Made by a program: the position numbers and the translations under genes. Positions 18,968-24,000 of a stretch of 24,000 bases of DNA are shown here, piece after piece. Source of the stretch: Vallicoccus soli (lineage in GTDB: Bacteria > Actinomycetota > Actinomycetes > Motilibacterales > Motilibacteraceae). The notes beneath the pieces are model-generated. The model made no database searches, had not been told where the DNA came from, and saw nothing but the letters and a program-made list of their open reading frames with translations. The DNA lies in the NCBI RefSeq assembly GCF_003594885.1, contig NZ_QZEZ01000004.1, positions 167,629-191,628 on the forward strand, given 5' to 3'. The first letter of the stretch is position 1. Each line of letters opens with the position of its first letter.

Positions 18968-21900
18968 GTGCTGCGCCGAGCGCGCGCGTCCTGGCACGTC
19001 CTCGCCGCGCCCCTCGTCGCGGTCCTGCTCGCCGCGACCGCCCTGACGACCACCGCCCTGCTGCTCGGGGCCGTCGCGGACGCCGGGCTGCAGCGGGCGC
19101 TGGAGCGGGCCGAGCGCGGTCACCGTCACGCAGCCGGTCGACCCCGGCGAGGCGCCGGGGGTCGACGACCGGGTCCGCGGGGCCCTCGCCGACGCGCTCC
19201 CCGGCCTGCCGCTGGTCGTCGGGGCCTCGCTCACCGGCGCCAGCCAGGACCTCCCGCCGGCGCTGCGCCCCGAGCGGGGCGCCCTCACGCAGCTCGCGGC
19301 GGTGCCCGGCCTCGAGGGCGCGGCCCGGGTGAGCGGGTCGTGGCCCGGGCCCCCGGCCGCGGACGGGGCGGTCCCCGCCGCGCTGCCCGCGGCGGCCGCC
19401 CGGGCCCTCGGCGTGCGCCCCGGCGACGCGCTCGCCGTGACCGACCGGCTCACCGGGACCACGCGACGGGTCGTGCTGACCGGGACCTTCGAGGTGGCGC
19501 CGCGCGACGCCCGCCGCTGGCCCGACGGGGACCTGCTCGCCGCCGGGCGCCGGGCGGGCGGGGAGACGGTCGCGTACGGCCCCCTGGTCGTCGACCCGGC
19601 CGCCCTGGCCGGGGAGCGCGTCGAGGGGCGGTGGCGGGCCGAGCCGGGCACGGCGGGCCTGCGCGCCGGGGACGCCGACGCGGTGGCGGCGGCGCTGCGC
19701 GCCCTGCCCGCGGCGCTGCCCGGGGCCCAGGTCGACGCGCCGCTGCTCGACGCCCTCGACGGGGTGCGCCGCCCGCTGCTGGCGGGGCGGGCGAGCACCC
19801 TGGTGCCGGCCGTCCAGGTCGCGCTGCTGGCGCTGCTCGCCCTCGCCCACAGCGCCCGGCTCGTCGCCGAGCACCGGGCGGGCGAGGCCGGCCTGCTGCG
19901 GGCGCGCGGGCTGTCCCGGGCCGGGTGGCTCGGCCTGGCCGCGCGCGAGGCGCTGCTCGTCGCGGCCCCCGGCGCGCTGCTCGCGCCGCCGCTGGCGGCG
20001 CTGCTCCTGCGGGCCCTCGGCCTGCGCGAGGGCGCGGCGCCGCCCGCCGCCTGGGCCGTCTCCCTCGCGGTGGCCGTCGCCGGGGCGCTGGTGCTCGTGC
20101 TGCCGAGCGCGGCCCAGGGCGCCGCGGCCGCGCCGGCCCGGGTGCGCCCCCTGCTGCGCCCGGGCGGCGACGCAGCGCTGCTCGCCGTCGTCGCGCTGGC
20201 GGGCCTCGCGCTGTGGCAGCTCGAGCGCTACGGCTCCCCGCTCGCGAGCGACGGCGACGGGGTGCGCGTCGACCCGCTGCTCGTCGTGGCGCCCGCGCTG
20301 GGGCTGCTCGCCGCCGCCCTGCTCGCGCTGCGGGCGGTGCCGTGGGCGGCGGGGGCGTGGGCGCGCCGGGCCGCGCGCGGTCCCGGGCTGCTCCCCGCGC
20401 TCGCCGGGTGGCAGGTCAGCCGTCGGCCCGCCCGCTACACCGGCCCTGCCCTCGTCCTCGTGCTCGCCCTGTCCGTCGGCGCCCTCGCGGTGGTGCTCTC
20501 CAGCTCCTGGCGGGCCGCCGAGCGCGACCAGGCGGACTTCGCCGCCGGCGCCGACGTGCGGGCGGTGGCGGGGACGGGGCAGGGCGACCTGCGCGCCACG
20601 GCCCGCGGAGCGGGGGCCAGCGCGGTACTGCCGGTCCTGCGCCGGCAGGAGCGCCGGGCCGGCGGGGACCGGACCCTGCTCGCCGTCGACGCCGCGGCCG
20701 CGCCGGCCGTGGTGCGCCTGCGCGAGGACCTCGCCGGCGCGCCTCTCGCCGACCTGCTGGCGCCGCTCGTCGCCGGGCGCCCCCAGCCGCCCGCGCTGGC
20801 GCTCGGCGGGGGCGGGCGGCTCTCGGCGGAGGTCGCGCTGCGCCGCAGCCGCACGGCAGCGCCCCCGCGCAGCAGCCTCCCCCCGGCGCTCGCCGGGCCC
20901 GCTGGCCGCACCGCCGCCGTCGAGGACGCCGCGGTCGTGTCGGCGGTGCTGCGCGACGCCGACGGCCTGCTCGCCCGCCGACCGCTGGGCACCGTGCCGG
21001 TCGACGGGCGGGCCCGCACCGTCGCCGCGGAGCTGCCCGGCGGGCACGACCTCCTGGCGCTCGAGGCCTCGTACGCCGTCCCCCAGCTCGTCGACGCCGC
21101 CGCGCCCCCCGCCCGCCTGCACCTCGACCTCGCGGGCGCCGCGCTGGGCGGCGCGCCGCTCGACCTCGGCGGCTGGACGGCCCGGGTCGTCCCGGCCCCC
21201 GGGCTCTCCGCCGCGCCGGAGGTCCTCGCGGCACGGGCGTCGGGGGCCGCGGCGCGGGTGACCGCGCTGTCGGGCGCCGACGACGGGCGCGGCCGGGCGG
21301 TGGTGCTCGGCCTCGCGCCGGGGCCGGTCGCCGCGCCCGCCCCGCTGCCCGCGGTCGTCACCCGTGCCCTCGCCGACGGCGCGGGCGCGGGCCCGGGCGA
21401 CCTGCTCGACCTCGGCGTGCCGGGCGCGCGCGTGCAGGCACGGGTCGAGCACGTCGTCGAGGCGCTGCCGACGGTCGACCCGGGGGCGTACGGCGGGGTG
21501 CTCGTCGACCTCCCGTCGTACGCCGTGGCGGTGCACGCGGCGCTGGCCGAGGTGCCCGGCCCCACCGAGACGTGGGCCTCGGCCCCGGCCGGCGGCGGGG
21601 CGGCGCTCGCCGCGGCCCTGCGCGCGGACCCGCAGCTCGCGGGCGGCGAGGTGGTCGAGCGGGCGGCGCTGCGGGCGGCGTACGCCGACGACCCGGTCGC
21701 CGTCGGCGTCTCCGGGGCCCTGCTCATCGCCTTCGCCTGCGGCCTGGCCTTCGCGCTCGTCGGGCTCGCCGTCGACGCGGCCGTCGCGGTGCGCGAGCGG
21801 CGGGCCGAGCTGGCCGTGCTGCGGGCGCTCGGCACGCCGCCGTCGGCGCTCGCCCGCCTGCTCGCCGGGGAGCAGGTCGCCCTGGTCGTCGTCGGCACCC

Positions 21901-22115
21901 TGCTCGGGGTGCTGCTCGGGACCGCCGTCGCGGCGCTCGTCGTGCCGGCGGTCACCGTCGCGGCCGGCGGCACCCGGCCCGTGCCCCCGGTGCTCGTCGT
22001 CGCGCCCTGGGGCCCGCTCGCGCTGCTCGCGGCCGGCGTCGGCGGCGCGCTCGTGCTGCTCGTCCTGGCCGCCGCCGCGCTGGCGCGGCGCTCCGGCGCG
22101 GGCGGGCTGCGGTGA
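18968..22115 (+). CDS. Large ABC-type permease with two FtsX modules (about 10 TM). The reading frame is interrupted near 19112-19121, so this may be a pseudogene or a sequence error.
   Basis: The body (frame of the 19302-22115 track ORF, open from 19047) has two FtsX-like 3-TM modules (...LVAEHRAGEAGLLRARGLSRAGW... and ...AVRERRAELAVLRALGTPPSAL...), each after a large extracytoplasmic domain. The expected N-terminal TM helix VLRRARASWHVLAAPLVAVLLAATALTTTALLLGAV is encoded from GTG 18968 in a different frame. Confidence 0.65.
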
Positions 22116-24000
22116 GCGGCGCGCGGCTGGCGCTGCGCCAGGCCCGGGCCGACCGCGGCCCCCTCGCGGTGCTGGCGCTCGTGGTGCTGCTCGCCGCCCT
22201 GCTCGGCGCCGCGGTGCCCCGCCACGTCGCCCGGGTGCTCGACGACGGCCTCGCCGCCGCGGTCGCCGCGGCGCCGACCGGGGCGCGGGAGGTGCGCGGC
22301 TCCGTCGACCCCGCCGCGCTGCCCGTGGACCGGCTGCAGGAGACCGCCGACGCGGTGCGCGACCTCGCGCCCCCTGCCCTGCGGTCCGCCCTCGGGGCCG
22401 CGGTCGGCGGCGCCACCACCGGGCTCGGCGCGACGACCGACCCGGCGACGGGCGGGCCGGCGTACCGGCCCCTCGACGCCTGGTGGCAGGTGCGCCACGA
22501 GACCGGGCTCGACGCCCGCCTGCGCTGGGTCGAGGGCGCGGCGCCCGGCGGCCCGGAGCCCGACGGCACGGTGCCGGTCGGGCTGGGGCGGGCCGCGGCC
22601 GCGACGATGGCCGCGACGGTGGGGGACCGGGTGGTCCTGCAGCCCGTGCCGGGCCGCTCCCGCAGCACCGGCCCCGTGACCGTGCGCGTCACCGGGCTCT
22701 TCGAGCCCCTCGACCCGGGCGACGACGCCTGGTCGCGCACCCCCCGGCTGCTCGCCCCCGGCGAGGAGCGCGCGCCGGACGGGGAGTTCGTCGCCTGGCT
22801 CGGCATCGCGGTCGCCACCGAGGAGGGCATGGCCGCGGTGCTCGCGGCGAGCGGGTCCCTCGCCTACGACACGAGCGCCCCGCTGCTGCCGGGGGCGGCG
22901 GCAGCGGTGCCCGTGGACGCGCTCGTGGCGGGGCTGCGCGCGACGGCCACCCGCACCGTGCCGGTGCCGGCGGCGATCCAGGGGCTGTCGGCGTCCGTGC
23001 GGGTCACGCCCGGCCCGCTGCCGCTCCTCGAGGAGCACCGCGAGCGCGCGGCGACCGCGACGGCGGCGACCGCCTCCGTGGCCGCGGCGCTCGTGCTCGT
23101 GGTCCTCGCGGTGCTCGTCCTGGCCGCGCGCCTGCTCGCGGTCCGGCGTGCGGGCGCGCTGGCCCTGGCCGCCGCGCGCGGCGCGTCGCGCGGTCAGGCC
23201 CTCGTCGTGCTCGCCGTGCCGGCGGCGCTCGTCGCGGGGCTCGCGGCCGCCGCGGGGGCGCTGCTCGCGGCCGCCCTCGTGCCGGCGGGCGGGGGACCGG
23301 TGGCCCGCGGTCTGCCCGCGCTCGCCGCGCTGGCCGCCACGGGCGCCGTGGCCGCGGGGGTCCTCCTGCCGCCGCGCGGGGGGCTGCCCGGCCCGGGCGC
23401 GCGCCGGGCGAGGGCCGCGCTCGAGGTGCTGCTCCTCGGGGCCGCGGCCGGGGGGCTCGCGCTGCTCCGGCTCCGGGCGCCGTCCGGCGGCCCCGGCGGC
23501 CCCGGCGGCCCCGGCGGCCCCGGCGGCCCCGGCGGCCCCGGCGGCGTCGACCCGTGGCTCGCCGCCGTGCCGGTGCTGCTCGCGGCCGCCGGCGTGGCCG
23601 TCGTCGCCCGGCTGCTGCCGCTCGCCGTGCGGCCCCTGGCGCGGCTGGCGGCGCGCGGTCGGGGGTACGTGGCGCTGCTCGGCCTCGCGCAGGCGGCGCG
23701 CGCCCCGGCCGGCACCGTGCTGCCGCTCGCCGTGCTCCTGCTCTCGCTGGCCGTCGGGGTGTTCGGCTCGGTGGTGACGGCGACGGTGGCCGCGGGGCAG
23801 CGCACCGCGGCGTGGCAGGAGGTCGGCGGCGACCTCCGGGTCGACGCGCCGGTCCTCGGGCCCGCGGCCCTGGAGCGCCTGCGCGGCGTCGCCGGCGTGC
23901 GCGAGGTCGTGCCCGCCGTGGTGCGCGACGACCTGGTGCTGCCCGGCGGGCTCGGCGCCGGGCGGGTGCCGCTCACCCTGGTCGTGGTCGACCCGGCCCG
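22112..24000 (+). CDS. Second large FtsX-module ABC-type permease, paralogous to the upstream gene (3' partial, runs off the window)
   Basis: Its GTG 22112 overlaps the upstream stop as GTGA. N-terminus VSGARLALRQARADRGPLAVLALVVLLAALLGAAV, then a large extracytoplasmic domain, then an FtsX module (LAVRRAGALALAAARGASRGQAL). It is absent from the ORF track because the frame has no stop before the window end. Confidence 0.7.
   Translation, partial: MSGARLALRQARADRGPLAVLALVVLLAALLGAAVPRHVARVLDDGLAAAVAAAPTGAREVRGSVDPAALPVDRLQETADAVRDLAPPALRSALGAAVGGATTGLGATTDPATGGPAYRPLDAWWQVRHETGLDARLRWVEGAAPGGPEPDGTVPVGLGRAAAATMAATVGDRVVLQPVPGRSRSTGPVTVRVTGLFEPLDPGDDAWSRTPRLLAPGEERAPDGEFVAWLGIAVATEEGMAAVLAASGSLAYDTSAPLLPGAAAAVPVDALVAGLRATATRTVPVPAAIQGLSASVRVTPGPLPLLEEHRERAATATAATASVAAALVLVVLAVLVLAARLLAVRRAGALALAAARGASRGQALVVLAVPAALVAGLAAAAGALLAAALVPAGGGPVARGLPALAALAATGAVAAGVLLPPRGGLPGPGARRARAALEVLLLGAAAGGLALLRLRAPSGGPGGPGGPGGPGGPGGPGGVDPWLAAVPVLLAAAGVAVVARLLPLAVRPLARLAARGRGYVALLGLAQAARAPAGTVLPLAVLLLSLAVGVFGSVVTATVAAGQRTAAWQEVGGDLRVDAPVLGPAALERLRGVAGVREVVPAVVRDDLVLPGGLGAGRVPLTLVVVDPA
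23485..23545 (+). repeat. Perfect 9-bp tandem repeat (CGGCGGCCC) x6 plus a partial copy, in frame within permease B
   Basis: Six identical units span 23485-23538, followed by CGGCGGC. Encodes SGGPGGPGGPGGPGGPGGPGGV. Confidence 0.95.

Noticed and set aside
17997-23038. 1179-aa and 867-aa minus-strand ORFs over the FtsX permease region
   Set aside because: They are Arg/Gly/Pro/Ser-rich with no TM pattern or motifs. They lie antisense to frames that encode coherent FtsX modules.
23148-23976. ORFs 23148-23777(+) and 23194-23976(-) containing (PAA)n and (PPG)n runs
   Set aside because: These are alternative-frame readings of the 9-bp repeat inside permease B. The frame that is continuous with GTG 22112 encodes TM helices on both sides of the repeat.

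Overview
This is very high-GC DNA (roughly 75% by eye), almost certainly from an actinobacterium. Most long ORFs in the six-frame track are Arg/Gly/Pro/Ala-rich shadow frames. I kept only frames with recognisable catalytic motifs or membrane-protein character.

Gene content, left to right:
- cytochrome P450 (+)
- GAF-PAS-GGDEF diguanylate cyclase (-)
- MFS (DHA2-type) transporter and APC amino-acid permease (-), an operon joined by a GTGA stop/start overlap
- divergent DedA-family membrane protein (+)
- ydaO-type c-di-AMP riboswitch directly in front of a secreted Rpf-LysM muralytic protein (+)
- ppa (-)
- the conserved actinobacterial housekeeping block dacB, HExxH metalloprotease, tilS, hpt, ftsH, folE, folP, NTF2-like, folB, folK, DUF3180-like (all +). 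This matches the order I recall for the Mycobacterium tuberculosis Rv3628-Rv3605c region.
- two tandem, paralogous, very large double-FtsX ABC-type permeases (+); the second runs off the window

I see no transposase, integrase, CRISPR array, tRNA/rRNA or recognisable defence genes. This is mainly a core housekeeping region, and I do not see convincing evidence of a novel multi-gene system.

The items most worth a second look:
- the riboswitch and its possible SD-sequestering platform
- an apparent frameshift that splits the N-terminal TM helix from the body of the first FtsX permease
- the ATPase-less permease pair
- several perfect short tandem repeats (9, 11, 15 and 22 bp)
- candidate leaderless starts behind TANNNT hexamers
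- two uncharacterised proteins translationally coupled inside the folate operon

All calls come from reading the sequence and from remembered family motifs. No searches were run, and start codons are uncertain by tens of nucleotides in several genes.
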